52,996 bases of DNA from Phycisphaerae bacterium (GTDB lineage Bacteria > Planctomycetota > Phycisphaerae > UBA1845 > Fen-1342): positions 1 through 52,996 of the forward strand of contig CAXXWX010000022.1 of the NCBI GenBank assembly GCA_963675745.2, read 5' to 3'. The notes beneath the pieces were generated by a model that had not been told where the DNA came from, did no database searches, and saw only the letters and a program-made list of their open reading frames with translations. Of the stretch, positions 28,436-39,039 are shown piece after piece. How positions within the stretch are numbered: the first letter of the stretch is position 1; each line of letters opens with the position of its first letter. Made by a program: the position numbers and the translations under genes.

Positions 28436-28538
28436 CTGCCACGAATGTCATATTGGCAGGTTATCACGCCCCCACACAGCCAGTAACCTCTTTCTTCATA
28501 ATGACTTACGCCGCCGCCGCCATGGTACGCATCGTGCA
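28436..28538 (+). promoter_or_regulatory. Putative sigma54 promoter of clpB with upstream activator repeats and IHF-like site
   Basis: TGGTACGCATCGTGCA (28523-28538; GG-N10-GC); GTAACCTCTT...ATAATGACTTAC (28483-28509); TGCCA/TGTCA/TGGCA repeats (28437-28458). Confidence 0.6.
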
Positions 28539-28588
28539 GGATCACACTTGGGCCGAGTTTCCGCCCAGAAAGTTGAGGTATTAACTGC

Positions 28589-31270
28589 ATGACGATGGAC
28601 AAACTCACGATCAAGGCCGCCGAGGCACTTCAGGCAGCTCACCAGGACGCGCAGACGCGCGGCAATCCGGAAGTGACGCCGCTGCACCTGCTGGCCGCGC
28701 TTATCGGCCTTGGCGATCGCAACACCGATGGCAACGGTGGAATTGTCGTACCGATACTGGAGAAGTCCGGTAGCCAGGTTGGGCAGATCCGTGACATCGC
28801 CACATCCGAACTCGCGCGCCTGCCACAGCAGAGCGGCGGCTCGTTGGCAACCAGCCGGGAATTGGCCGAGGTGCTCGCCACGGCGCAGCGCGAAGCGGAC
28901 CGGATGAAGGATCAGTACATCTCGACCGAGCATCTGCTGCTGGCGTTGTCGGCGGTGAAGAGCGACGCGCGACGGATACTCGAGCTCAGTGCCGCCCGGC
29001 GCGACGACATCCTCGCCGCGCTCAAGGAAGTGCGCGGCAATCAGAGCGTAACCACGCAAAACCCGGAAGACACCTACCAGGCCCTCCAGCGTTACGGACG
29101 CGACCTCGTCGAGGAAGCACGTCGCGGCAAGCTCGACCCGGTCATCGGCCGCGACGAAGAGATCCGCCGCTGTATGCAGGTCCTCGCACGCCGCACCAAG
29201 AACAACCCGGTGCTCGTGGGTGAAGCCGGCGTCGGTAAGACCGCAATTGTCGAAGGACTCGCACAGCGCATCCTGGCCGGCGACGTGCCAACCGCGCTCG
29301 CCGACAAGAAGGTCGTCGCGCTGGACATGGGCGCTCTGATCGCCGGCGCCAAATACCGCGGCGAGTTCGAGGAACGACTAAAGGCTGTCGTGAAGGCCGT
29401 GCAAGACTCCAATGGCCAGGTGATTCTCTTCATTGATGAGCTGCACACGGTGGTCGGCGCCGGCAAGACCGAGGGATCGCCCGACGCCGGCAACCTGCTC
29501 AAACCCGCGCTGGCCCGCGGCGAGCTGCGCTGCATCGGAGCCACGACGCTCGAGGAATACCGACAGCACGTCGAGAAAGACAAGGCCCTCGAACGCCGGT
29601 TTCAGACGGTCTACATCGGCGAGCCGACGGTTGAGGATACCATCGCCATTCTGCGCGGACTCAAACCCCGTTATGACGCGCACCATGGCGTGCGAATTCA
29701 GGACGCGGCGCTGGTGGCGGCCGCAACGCTGTCGCGGCGTTACATCCCCGACCGCAAGCTGCCGGACAAGGCCATTGACCTGGTGGATGAAGCTGCCTCG
29801 CGCTTGCGCATCGAGAATGACTCGTTGCCGGCCGAGCTGGATGAACTGCGCCGCCGCACCGTGCAGCTCGAAATAGAGCGTGAAGCGCTGAAGATGGAGA
29901 AAGATGCCGCCAGCGCCAAACATCTTGCGAGTGTTGAGAAAACGCTGGCCGAGCTGAAAGAGGAAGATACGCGGCTTACGGCCCAGTGGGAAAGCGAAAG
30001 GACCGCAATCGAAGCCATCAAGTCGCTCCGCACGCGCATTGACGAACAGCAACACGCGCTGGAAGAGGCCCAGCGACGCGGCGAATTGGAAGTCGCCGCG
30101 CGAATCCGCTATGCCGAAATCCCCGAGCTCGAGCAGAAGCTGAGCGAGCGTGAGCGGCGGTTGGGTGAGCTGCACGAGCGCGGCGTGGGATTGTTGCGCG
30201 AGGAAGTGACCGCCGAGGAGATCGCGGACGTGGTGAGCAAGTGGACGGGGGTGCCGGTGTCGCGCTTGCTCGAGGGCGAGAAGGAGAAGCTGATCCAGAT
30301 GGAAGCCCGGCTGCACGAGCGCGTGATCGGGCAGGACGAAGCGGTTAGCGCCGTTTCCGACGCTGTCCGGCGCAGCCGCGCCGGCCTCGGTGATCCGAGT
30401 CGGCCGATCGGCAGCTTCCTGTTTCTTGGTCCGACCGGCGTCGGCAAGACTGAGCTGTGCAAAGCGCTCGCGGAGTTTCTCTTCGATGACGAAGCGGCGT
30501 TTGTCCGTGTTGACATGAGCGAGTTCATGGAGCAACACAGCGTTGCCCGCCTGATCGGCGCCCCGCCCGGGTATATCGGTTTTGAGGAAGGCGGGCGGCT
30601 CACCGAGGCCATCCATCGCCGCCCATACTGCGTCGTTCTGCTTGACGAGATAGAGAAGGCGCACCCGGACGTCTTCAACGTTCTGCTTCAGGTGCTCGAC
30701 GATGGGCGCTTGACGGATGGGCACGGTCGCACCGTGGACTTCCGCAACACGTTGATCGCAATGACGAGCAACATCGGCAGTCAACACATCGTGGCCATGT
30801 CGGAAAACGCCCGCGCGCGCGCAACCGCCGACAGCGAGTCAGCAGATGAGAGCAGCGACCCGGTCCTCGATGTCGAGATCGAAATGAAGATCAGGGAGGA
30901 GCTGAAACGCAGCTTCCGCCCGGAGTTTCTCAACCGTGTGGATGAGACAATCATCTTCCACCGCCTGACGCGCGACAATCTGCGCGACATCGCGGAATTG
31001 CAGGTCAGGGCACTGCGCCAACGCCTCGCGGATCGCGGCATGACGCTCACGCTCACCGACGCCGCCAAGGACCTGCTCGCGGCCGAAGGCTACGACCCGA
31101 CTTACGGAGCGCGACCGCTGAAGCGCCTGATCCAACGCCAGATCGAGAACCCGCTTGCCCGGCGTATGCTCGCCGGCGAGTTCAGCGAAGGGGACGAGGT
31201 GCGCGTGGACGTGAGCGGCGATGGGTTGACGTTTGAGAACAGCAAGCGCCCGACCGCGAAAAGCGAGTAA
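28589..31270 (+). CDS. clpB: ATP-dependent chaperone ClpB
   Basis: Clp N-domain, [17 protein letters not shown], coiled-coil middle domain, [16 protein letters not shown]. Confidence 0.98.
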   Translation: MTMDKLTIKAAEALQAAHQDAQTRGNPEVTPLHLLAALIGLGDRNTDGNGGIVVPILEKSGSQVGQIRDIATSELARLPQQSGGSLATSRELAEVLATAQREADRMKDQYISTEHLLLALSAVKSDARRILELSAARRDDILAALKEVRGNQSVTTQNPEDTYQALQRYGRDLVEEARRGKLDPVIGRDEEIRRCMQVLARRTKNNPVLVGEAGVGKTAIVEGLAQRILAGDVPTALADKKVVALDMGALIAGAKYRGEFEERLKAVVKAVQDSNGQVILFIDELHTVVGAGKTEGSPDAGNLLKPALARGELRCIGATTLEEYRQHVEKDKALERRFQTVYIGEPTVEDTIAILRGLKPRYDAHHGVRIQDAALVAAATLSRRYIPDRKLPDKAIDLVDEAASRLRIENDSLPAELDELRRRTVQLEIEREALKMEKDAASAKHLASVEKTLAELKEEDTRLTAQWESERTAIEAIKSLRTRIDEQQHALEEAQRRGELEVAARIRYAEIPELEQKLSERERRLGELHERGVGLLREEVTAEEIADVVSKWTGVPVSRLLEGEKEKLIQMEARLHERVIGQDEAVSAVSDAVRRSRAGLGDPSRPIGSFLFLGPTGVGKTELCKALAEFLFDDEAAFVRVDMSEFMEQHSVARLIGAPPGYIGFEEGGRLTEAIHRRPYCVVLLDEIEKAHPDVFNVLLQVLDDGRLTDGHGRTVDFRNTLIAMTSNIGSQHIVAMSENARARATADSESADESSDPVLDVEIEMKIREELKRSFRPEFLNRVDETIIFHRLTRDNLRDIAELQVRALRQRLADRGMTLTLTDAAKDLLAAEGYDPTYGARPLKRLIQRQIENPLARRMLAGEFSEGDEVRVDVSGDGLTFENSKRPTAKSE

Positions 31271-31320
31271 CTCCGCCTGTGCGCATCGCGGCCGCGACCG
31301 GCGTCCCCCGCGGCCGCGGA

Positions 31321-31400
31321 GTAACGGCCTGCGCCTCGCAGGCCGTCGGCCAGAAGCCGCCTTGCCGAATACGACGGCCGGCGCCCCGCCGGCCGCCGAA
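31321..31400. repeat. REP family A copies between convergent clpB and cdsA
   Basis: GTAACGGCCTGCGCCTCGCAGGCCGTCG and GACGGCCGGCGCCCCGCCGGCCGCCGA. Confidence 0.75.
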
Positions 31401-31475
31401 GGTTGAAAATCCCGCGACGCGTCAACGGCATGCGCGGCACCAGCCACTACGCCACTTGCACGCGCCGCCGGGTGT

Positions 31476-32447
31476 TCACCACGTGGACAAATCCAGCGCC
31501 GGGACCAGGCGCGTCCAGAAGAACCAGGCGGGTGGTGCGGCGAGCAGTGGCGAGTCAAAGACGTCCAACACTCCACCGAGGCCCGGCAAAGCGGCCCCCG
31601 AGTCCTTGACCGCCGCGTCACGCTTCAACAGCGACGCGGCCAGATCGCCGGCCACAGAGTAGATCGCCATCACGAATCCAAAGACGATCAGCCCCCAGGG
31701 GTAGGCCAGTGGGCCGGGGCGCAGGATGTGAAATCCCATCCATTCCAGTAGGCTGCCGATGAGCAGCGCGCACAAAATCGCCACGCAGATGCCGCCGACA
31801 AACCCCTCCCACGTCTTCTTTGGGCTGAGCCAGGGGATCATCTTGTGGCGTCCGAACCACATGCCGGCGAAGAGCGCTCCCGTGTCGTTCATCTTGACGA
31901 CAAACAATGAGAGAATCACGAGCGCGATGCCCGTGGAACCGCCGATCTCCATGCGCAGCTTTGGTATGAACCCCGCCATGCCACCCGCATAGAAGGTTAT
32001 GAAGAAAGTTGTGGCGAGATTGCCCATCGCGCCGCGCGTGCCGACCCACGACCCCTGCAGCAGGAACGCCGTGCCCACCGCGCAAGCGATCCACAGCATG
32101 CCCCACCCTTCGTCGCCAAGGCCAAAAGCCGGGTCCGCGTTGAATGCGATGAACGGACCGATGACCAGGCCGGCCCCGAACACCTGGGCCAGCCCGGCAA
32201 ACGGCTGGTAGTCCTGGGCGCGCGCGAAGTGGACAAGCTCGCGCGTCGTCAGCACGGTCAGCACAAACGCCGTCGCCGTACACAGCGCCCCGTTCATCAG
32301 CCAGCGGGCCGGATTGCCGTCAAGGAACCAGACACGCCAGTCGGGCGGCGTGAGCGTGGACAGAAACCCGTCCAGGACGAGCACGGCGAGGATAAATCCC
32401 GCCAGCGGAAGCCCGATTAGCAGTCGCTTGCCAACCACGTGCGCCAC
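31476..32447 (-). CDS. cdsA: Phosphatidate cytidylyltransferase
   Basis: NDTGA..G..FG.HK...LSPKKTWEG, GDL..S.LKR...VKDSG..LPG.GGVLD..DS. Confidence 0.95.
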   Translation of the reverse strand: MAHVVGKRLLIGLPLAGFILAVLVLDGFLSTLTPPDWRVWFLDGNPARWLMNGALCTATAFVLTVLTTRELVHFARAQDYQPFAGLAQVFGAGLVIGPFIAFNADPAFGLGDEGWGMLWIACAVGTAFLLQGSWVGTRGAMGNLATTFFITFYAGGMAGFIPKLRMEIGGSTGIALVILSLFVVKMNDTGALFAGMWFGRHKMIPWLSPKKTWEGFVGGICVAILCALLIGSLLEWMGFHILRPGPLAYPWGLIVFGFVMAIYSVAGDLAASLLKRDAAVKDSGAALPGLGGVLDVFDSPLLAAPPAWFFWTRLVPALDLSTW

Positions 32448-32467
32448 GTCCTCCCTGCCGCCGTCAA

Positions 32468-33247
32468 TCAGCCCGACGACTGATCGTCACCAATCTCAGG
32501 CACATCCCCATAGCGCCGCTCTCGCCGCGCGAACGCCCGCAACGCATCGTCCAGGTGCGGCGGGCGGAAGTCGGGCCACAACACAGGCATGGCGTGAAAC
32601 TCCGCATAACTCGCCTGCCACAACAGGAAGTTGCTCAAACGCATCTCACCCGCGGTGCGAATCACCAGGTCCGGATCGTCCAGGCCCGCGGTATACAGAG
32701 CGCCCGAGATATGCTCCTCATCGATGTCCTCGGGACGCAGCTTACCGTCAACAGCCTGCTGCGCCAGCTTGCGCGTGGCGTCAACGATCTCTGTGCGGGC
32801 GCCGTAGTTCAGAGCGAGGGCCAGCGTGAGCCCCGTGTTACCCGCGCTCAGACGCGTGGTTTCATCCAGCTTGGCCAGCACATCGTCCGGCAGGCCCGCG
32901 CGCCGCCCGATTTGAACCAGCCGGACGTTGTTGTCCATGATCTCGTCGCGCTCTTTCACGAGGTGATACGCATAAAGCGTCATCAGGGCGTCAACCTCCT
33001 CACGAGGCCGCTTCCAGTTTTCGGAGCTGAAGCTGTAAAGCGTGAGCTGGCGCAGGCCCAGGCGACCGCAGTGCGTGATCGTCTCGCGTACGGCCACGAC
33101 GCCGGCCTTGTGACCCTCGGCGCGGATCAGGCCGCGTTCCGCGGCCCAGCGGCCGTTGCCGTCCATGATGATGGCCACGTGTTTGGGCATGGCCTCGGCG
33201 GCGATACCGAGGTGGATGGCTGGATCAAGAGCTGTTGCGCGCGGCAT
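32468..33247 (-). CDS. uppS: Undecaprenyl diphosphate synthase (isoprenyl transferase)
   Basis: HVAIIMDGNGRWA, FSSENWKRP, LNYG.R.E, IRTAGEMRLSNFLLWQ. Confidence 0.97.
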   Translation of the reverse strand: MPRATALDPAIHLGIAAEAMPKHVAIIMDGNGRWAAERGLIRAEGHKAGVVAVRETITHCGRLGLRQLTLYSFSSENWKRPREEVDALMTLYAYHLVKERDEIMDNNVRLVQIGRRAGLPDDVLAKLDETTRLSAGNTGLTLALALNYGARTEIVDATRKLAQQAVDGKLRPEDIDEEHISGALYTAGLDDPDLVIRTAGEMRLSNFLLWQASYAEFHAMPVLWPDFRPPHLDDALRAFARRERRYGDVPEIGDDQSSG

Positions 33248-33256
33248 GTTCGGCCT

Positions 33257-34561
33257 CTACTCAGTGACGATGATGGTCTGTTCACGCCGTGGACCGACGC
33301 CGACGATGCCCACCGGCGCGCCGACGCGTTGGGCGAGTGCATTCAGATACACTTGCGCGGCGGCCGGCAAGTCACCAATCGAACGGCAACCGCCGATGTC
33401 ACCCTCCCAGCCCGCAAAGGTCTCGTAGACGGGATCGACCTGTTCCAATTCGGAGGCGTCCGCCGGGAAGCTGCTCAGCGTCTGGTCGGCGGCGCGGTAG
33501 CCGACACACATCTTGAGTTCACCCATGCCCGACAGCGTGTCAAGATGTGCGACCGCCAGGTGCGTTACGCCGGACATCTGCGCGGCATAGCGGGCGGCCA
33601 CGCAATCGAACCAGCCGCAGCGACGCGGGCGTCCGGTGGTGGTGCCGTATTCGTTGCCGCGCTCGCGAATCATCTCGCCGATGGTTCCGGGCTGTTCCGT
33701 GGGCAGCGGCCCGTCCCCGACACGGGTGGCATATGCTTTGACGATTCCTACCACGGACTTGACGATATTGGGTGGCACACCGGCCCCGCTGCCGATGCCG
33801 CCGGCCCCCGAGTTGGCGCTGGTAACATACGGGTATGTGCCGTGGTCAACATCGAGCATGCACCCCTGGGCACCCTCGAACAACAGTCTGCGGCCGGCGG
33901 CGATCTGCTCGGCCAGGAACTCCGTCGTATCACAGACATAGGGCCGGAGTTGTTCGCCGAATTGGAGATATTCAACCGCCATTGCATCGGCGGCAATGTG
34001 TGTCCGCTCGTCGTACAGCGCCGCGAAATAGGCATCCTTGTGCGCCACGACTGCGGCGAGCTGCTGGCGAAAACGCGCCGGCCGATATAGATCGCACACA
34101 CGAAGCCCATAACGCCGCGTGACCTTGTCCGCGTAGCAGGGTCCGATGCCGCGCGCCGTCGTACCCAGCTTGTGCGCGCCGTCCGCGGCCCGTTCGGCGA
34201 GCACGTCTTCCCGGCGGTGGTACGGAAATACCAGGTGGGCGCGCGTGCTGATCTTCAGTCGATCATCGACGGAGATGCCGCGTTCGCGCAGGTTGTGAAT
34301 CTCGCCCAGCAATACGGCCGGATCAATCACCGTTCCCGGTCCCAGCACGCACGTGGCGTTGTCGCGAATTATGCCGCTGGGAATCTGGTGCAGCGCGAAA
34401 CGTTCGTCATTGACCACGATGGTATGCCCGGCGTTGGCGCCGCCGCTGTAGCGCACGACGACATCATGGTGCTCCATGAGCACATCGACGACCTTGCCCT
34501 TACCCTCGTCGCCCCACTGCAATCCGACGACACACGTCGGTGCCAGTTGATCCAGCATCAT
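33257..34561 (-). CDS. purA: Adenylosuccinate synthetase
   Basis: GLQWGDEGKGK, GGANAGHT, EGAQG.MLDVDHGTYPYVTS, EYGTTTGRPRRCGW. Confidence 0.98.
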   Translation of the reverse strand: MMLDQLAPTCVVGLQWGDEGKGKVVDVLMEHHDVVVRYSGGANAGHTIVVNDERFALHQIPSGIIRDNATCVLGPGTVIDPAVLLGEIHNLRERGISVDDRLKISTRAHLVFPYHRREDVLAERAADGAHKLGTTARGIGPCYADKVTRRYGLRVCDLYRPARFRQQLAAVVAHKDAYFAALYDERTHIAADAMAVEYLQFGEQLRPYVCDTTEFLAEQIAAGRRLLFEGAQGCMLDVDHGTYPYVTSANSGAGGIGSGAGVPPNIVKSVVGIVKAYATRVGDGPLPTEQPGTIGEMIRERGNEYGTTTGRPRRCGWFDCVAARYAAQMSGVTHLAVAHLDTLSGMGELKMCVGYRAADQTLSSFPADASELEQVDPVYETFAGWEGDIGGCRSIGDLPAAAQVYLNALAQRVGAPVGIVGVGPRREQTIIVTE

Positions 34562-34734
34562 GTAGCCGATCTCTCTAAAAAGTGTCGACGGGCGTACGCA
34601 CCGAACCCGCAAAAGCCTGGCCGCGGCGGCCTTGTCTGTCTTTTTAGCGTCTGCCGCGAACCGTGGCAAATAGACGCCGGTGTGGCCGTCCTGGGTGGGT
34701 GCGTGACACGAACGGCGGATTCGTCGCGGTGGCC

Positions 34735-34917
34735 GTCCCGCAGGGACAGGATGAACATAGCCCAGTACGAAGTGCTGGGGTCATCGTGGCCACCGACGGA
34801 GGCAGTCCCGTCAGGGACGACTGAAGGTTCAGTCGTCCCTGACGGGACTGGATTGTTCGCGCCGGCAACCGATCCCAGCACTGCGTGCTGGGCTATATTC
34901 AGATGCCCCTGCGGGGC
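34735..34917. repeat. 183-bp composite palindromic element (REPIN/MITE-like)
   Basis: Perfect 23-bp arms CAGTCCCGTCAGGGACGACTGAA-gg-TTCAGTCGTCCCTGACGGGACTG (34803-34850), with mirrored AGCCCAG.AC..AGTGCTGGG units and terminal GTCCCGCAGGGAC / GCCCCTGCGGGGC. Confidence 0.85.
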
Positions 34918-35070
34918 AGACCACGCGGCAGGATCGGGCGGTTGCGCCGCCGATGCTGTCACCGGCCCGGCGTGGGTGGAGAATGCGGCGTCCCGATCGA
35001 AGTGCCTGTACTACGGGTAGTCGGATGGGCCGGGGGACCAACTCTGGTGGGCACAGCCCCTGAGACCTGA

Positions 35071-36762
35071 TTAATCCCTCAACGTCAAACGTACGCCGCG
35101 GCGGACGCCGTAGTTCTCGATGTGCTCACGCAGGCACTGGTTCAGCCTGGCCTGGTATTCAATGGCCCCCTCGCCGCAGAGCCCGGGATCATCTTCAACC
35201 GCGATCATGCCGTGAGAGTCGGTGGTAGCCGACCTCCCCGTGCGAAGATGGATCACGGTCGTCTGGTCCGCGTCTGCCAGCCCGGCGGCCGAAAGGTAGT
35301 TGACAATGTGCCGCAGGCCGGCCGCCGTGTCGAACTGCCATGTCACACGCAGATCGGCAAGGTAGCGGCGCGCCCATGATGTGCGCTCGCGCAGCTCCCG
35401 AGCGATGTGCTTCATGAAGATGATCATCGGCTCGGGCGGCAACCCGTCGTGGGCCTCGACCTGGTCAATCCGTCCCGTTCGAATCATCAACTGCCGGCGT
35501 GGGGGATCGAGCCCGGGCGCCGCAACGGAGAGCCCCAGGCGGGCGGTCCCGGCGTCCGCCGGCAACCATCGTACGGCCTGTAGCTCGGCGAACCGCCGTG
35601 GAAGGTCAGAAATATCGCGCAACAGCACGGCATCCTGGTCCCAACGATTCCAGTATTCGACGGCATCATCAAGCGGTGCTCCGAGCATCATGCGCAGCAC
35701 GTGTCGCGCCAGGCCGGGAGCTAGCATATCAACAGCGCCATCAGTGAGCATCCACGGAAGATCCGTTGCCAGCAGTTCGCCACGATCCACCGGCCGGGCC
35801 GCCAGCAGAACATCGCCGCAGTGCTTCACAAACGGTGTTTCGCTGGCCAGCAGCGTCGCGAAACCAACCTCATCGGCGTAACGCTTCCAGGCGCGATTGG
35901 CGACCAGCACGCGCGTGCTGAACGCTCCCGACGCGCACACCACTCCATACGGAAACACGTCCTGAAGCGCGAAGCCGCGCGTCGGCACGTCGGCGTACTC
36001 CACGCGGGCCGACATGATCTCGTGCTCGGATGTGTGCGTCCGGACCTGGACCCGGGCGACATCCGCCGCACTCGCCAGCCGCGCCACGGTTTCCAGATCG
36101 GCAATCAGCCACGACCGGGCGGCTATCCGTTCGATGTCGCCGAGAGAGAGATTGAGTTTGCTGACCCACTCGGGCGCCAGCACGCACGCCGTACCGCGCG
36201 CTGCGCTCACCAGCCCGGCAAGTGTCCGCGGCGCGCGTTGGATCTCGACATTCATACCGTCAAGCAAATCTGTCAACGGCTCCAGCGACGGCGGCAGCAA
36301 CACACGCTCTAGTGGAAACGGCGGCTGATATACGCTCCAGCGAGGAACGTTTGCAAGCGGGTGGCACTTCGGGTCGCGTTCGGCCACCGGATGCAATTCC
36401 AACGCGGCCAGAACCGCGCTCGCGTCGGCCAATCGCAATCGGAGACTCGTTACGTTCTCCGGGGTCTTGAGCCAGCCCAATAGGTCAATCCGCGACCGGC
36501 CGGCGACTGGAGCGTGCAAAGTGACGCAGCGCCGCTCGACCACGGCATCATCGGCCAGGTAGTCCACCTCGACACTGGCGGCGCGGCAGTCCGCCAGTTC
36601 CGCGCGCGGGCGTCCGCGCAGCGCGTACCACTGCTCGCGCCGGCACCGTACGGCGCGCGAGACGAGCACGCCGGAATCGGTCCAGTGCCAGCCGCGCCAA
36701 CCGCGCGTCCCCGCACGTAATCCACCGTCGGGTCCGGTTACCTGCGTTGCGTTTTGCTTCAT
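35071..36762 (-). CDS. Hypothetical protein (C-terminus may be a degenerate M14 carboxypeptidase fold)
   Basis: 563-codon ORF filling the gap between elements; no intact catalytic motif recognised. Confidence 0.65.
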   Translation of the reverse strand: MKQNATQVTGPDGGLRAGTRGWRGWHWTDSGVLVSRAVRCRREQWYALRGRPRAELADCRAASVEVDYLADDAVVERRCVTLHAPVAGRSRIDLLGWLKTPENVTSLRLRLADASAVLAALELHPVAERDPKCHPLANVPRWSVYQPPFPLERVLLPPSLEPLTDLLDGMNVEIQRAPRTLAGLVSAARGTACVLAPEWVSKLNLSLGDIERIAARSWLIADLETVARLASAADVARVQVRTHTSEHEIMSARVEYADVPTRGFALQDVFPYGVVCASGAFSTRVLVANRAWKRYADEVGFATLLASETPFVKHCGDVLLAARPVDRGELLATDLPWMLTDGAVDMLAPGLARHVLRMMLGAPLDDAVEYWNRWDQDAVLLRDISDLPRRFAELQAVRWLPADAGTARLGLSVAAPGLDPPRRQLMIRTGRIDQVEAHDGLPPEPMIIFMKHIARELRERTSWARRYLADLRVTWQFDTAAGLRHIVNYLSAAGLADADQTTVIHLRTGRSATTDSHGMIAVEDDPGLCGEGAIEYQARLNQCLREHIENYGVRRGVRLTLRD

Positions 36763-37162
36763 GAAGGCTCGATTCGATGTCAAGAAAGTCGTAGCGCGAA
36801 CTGACCGCGTCGGCTATTATGTGCCGCAAATCGCCGGCGCCAACGGGCGCATCGTCTGATCACCGGGTCGAGAGCGCGCTATCCCGTGGGGACAAACATG
36901 CCAGCACAACACGCGTGCAGTCGTCGCCGATTGTGTTGCACGCTCATCAGTCCCGTAAGATTGCGTGTTGTTGTTGACTCGCGGTGAATCTAGGTCCTAG
37001 AGTAATCGTGGGGATAGCTATCGGGGCAACGACCTCCACCCCATTTGATCGTCATTGGTGCAGCGCAAGCGACTGTGAGTCCGGTGTCCGGCAGTGCCGG
37101 ATTGGGGCGAAGTGTGCTCATGCGGATCAGGCGCGCTTGGACAATTCAACAGGAGATGGAAA

Positions 37163-37888
37163 ATGCGATCACTATTGGGCGTTATGGTGTCGGCCGCGCT
37201 GGTGCTTCCGGCGTCAGCGGCAATGCTGTATGACAATGGGCCGTTCGTCACCGGTATCGGCGACGGCGCGGGAGGCGCCGATACGAGCACCGTCGAAGAC
37301 GGCTACTCGGCGCGCGGCTATATCGCGAACAACGTGGCCGAAGGCAACGGCCCCTACTATATCCGCGATGATTTCGAAGTTACTCATCCGGACGGCTGGC
37401 AGCTTGACAACGCCGAGCTCTTCGCGTTTCAAACCAACAGCAGCCTGGTTTCCACGATCACCGACGCGTACGTCACGCTGTTCGACACCGTTGGCAACGT
37501 GGTCTGGGGAGACTGGAATACGTCGCTTCCGATCCTCGCCAACGAGTGGACCGGCGCCTACCGCGTAACCACCGACCCGTTGGCAACCAATCGGCCGATC
37601 ATGCGCGTCGCAGTAGACCTGAGCGCTGCGCCGTTGTTGCCGCAAGGACACTACTGGCTCGGCTTCTCCATGTGCGGTTCACTGCTGTCCGGGCCGTGGG
37701 CTGTTCCGAAGACACCCCATGACACGACCGACAACGCCGAGACCTGGTCCGGCGCCAGCGGCACCTGGACGCAGATCGGCGCGCCAGATCTGGTGCAGGA
37801 TTTCCCGCTGAAGCTGCACGGCACGCCCGAGCCCGCGTCGCTGGGGCTGATGCTGATCGCTGCGCTGGGGCTGATGCGCCGCCGCTAG
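37163..37888 (+). CDS. PEP-CTERM protein
   Basis: AGGAG RBS, signal peptide, LYDNGP...DDF...G.YWL domain, TPEPASLGLMLIAALGLMRRR. Confidence 0.85.
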   Translation: MRSLLGVMVSAALVLPASAAMLYDNGPFVTGIGDGAGGADTSTVEDGYSARGYIANNVAEGNGPYYIRDDFEVTHPDGWQLDNAELFAFQTNSSLVSTITDAYVTLFDTVGNVVWGDWNTSLPILANEWTGAYRVTTDPLATNRPIMRVAVDLSAAPLLPQGHYWLGFSMCGSLLSGPWAVPKTPHDTTDNAETWSGASGTWTQIGAPDLVQDFPLKLHGTPEPASLGLMLIAALGLMRRR

Positions 37889-38176
37889 GACGTTTCACCG
37901 AAATGCGTAGCGGCGTCCCCCACGTCAGCCGCGCTTCCGGGAAGGATGCTGGCCCTCAGACAACGGTCGACTAGCGCGGCGAACGCTGTGGGCAAACGCG
38001 ATTCGCTCTGGTTCACCCTGAGCCAAGACGGCGCCGCGACGCGGTGACGCAGTCAATCCAGCCCAGTACGAAGTGCTGGCCTGGAATCAAGTGCCTCTGA
38101 TGGAGCAAGCCACGCGGCGAGTCCGGGCGATTACGGCGACGATTCTCTCCCGGACCGAGCAACCCCCGGCGTGTCG

Positions 38177-38797
38177 TCAAACCGCGCGTGGTTCCATCGC
38201 CGAATCTGAGTTCTTCGATACACACGAGTCTTGCAGCCCCGCCTCAACGGCTTCAATAAACGCCGTGCGTTCGGCCTCTGACGAGAGAATCTTGTCCACG
38301 TCGAGGGCCTGAGGCGATGGTTGAATCTTGACTCTGACGATGTACTCGTCGCGCTCCTCCGTCACGCGTCGGTCAACGCGCTCGATCGCTCTGATCTCGT
38401 CCCAGGCAATCAGCCGTTGGATATCGGCGTTCCTTACGAACACGCCGGCAGGTGAGACCGCCGCGCAACAGCCCTTTCGCACGATCGAGCGGATGTGCAG
38501 AAATGAGTAAACCGTGCTAAACAGAGCTACGGCAAGGAGCAGAACATCCCAGGCATCCGGGAACGCACCCCACGACCAATTTCCGACCAGATTAACGCTC
38601 AACATGACGACAATCACGGCGCTGACAGCCATCATCGCGCCGTGTCCTTTCCACCGGCGAGCCGGTCGCCAGACAAGGGTCTTTTTGTCGTAGGCGAAGC
38701 CACACTCAGGACACCGATGGGTATCTGGAAGTCCCCGCAAGTCATAGGAGCACACCGGACAGCAAGCTGGGCGAAGCACGGCCATGGTGCGCAGCAT
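38177..38797 (-). CDS. Membrane protein with N-terminal zinc ribbon and PH-like C-terminal part
   Basis: CPVCSYDLRGLPDTHRCPECG, two TM helices, then S..GV......I.WDEI..I (bacterial PH-like pattern). Confidence 0.7.
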   Translation of the reverse strand: MLRTMAVLRPACCPVCSYDLRGLPDTHRCPECGFAYDKKTLVWRPARRWKGHGAMMAVSAVIVVMLSVNLVGNWSWGAFPDAWDVLLLAVALFSTVYSFLHIRSIVRKGCCAAVSPAGVFVRNADIQRLIAWDEIRAIERVDRRVTEERDEYIVRVKIQPSPQALDVDKILSSEAERTAFIEAVEAGLQDSCVSKNSDSAMEPRAV

Positions 38798-39039
38798 ACC
38801 CGATCATCTCGGCCACACGGTATCCTCCGGGGCCCGCTGCGCACGCCCCTGGCAGCCGTGGGCAACCAACCATCAAGCCCTGAAAGGCGACACAATCGCG
38901 CGGCGTAAGTGCGACGCGGACCGCGTCACCGCAGCGTGCCGCGTGCGGCCAGGTCGCGTTTTCCTCCGCAACACCTTGGACCCGCGGCCCCTGAGGCCAT
39001 ATCTTGCCCTGGGCCCTCGAGGCCTTTGGAAGGAAACGC

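Noticed and set aside
29378..30787. 469-aa minus-strand ORF
   Set aside because: Antisense shadow of clpB.
32555..34090. 511-aa plus-strand ORF
   Set aside because: Antisense shadow of uppS/purA.
37004..37160. Structured 5' leader of a PEP-CTERM gene (possible riboswitch)
   Set aside because: Hairpins are possible, but I recognised no riboswitch consensus; a covariance search would be needed.
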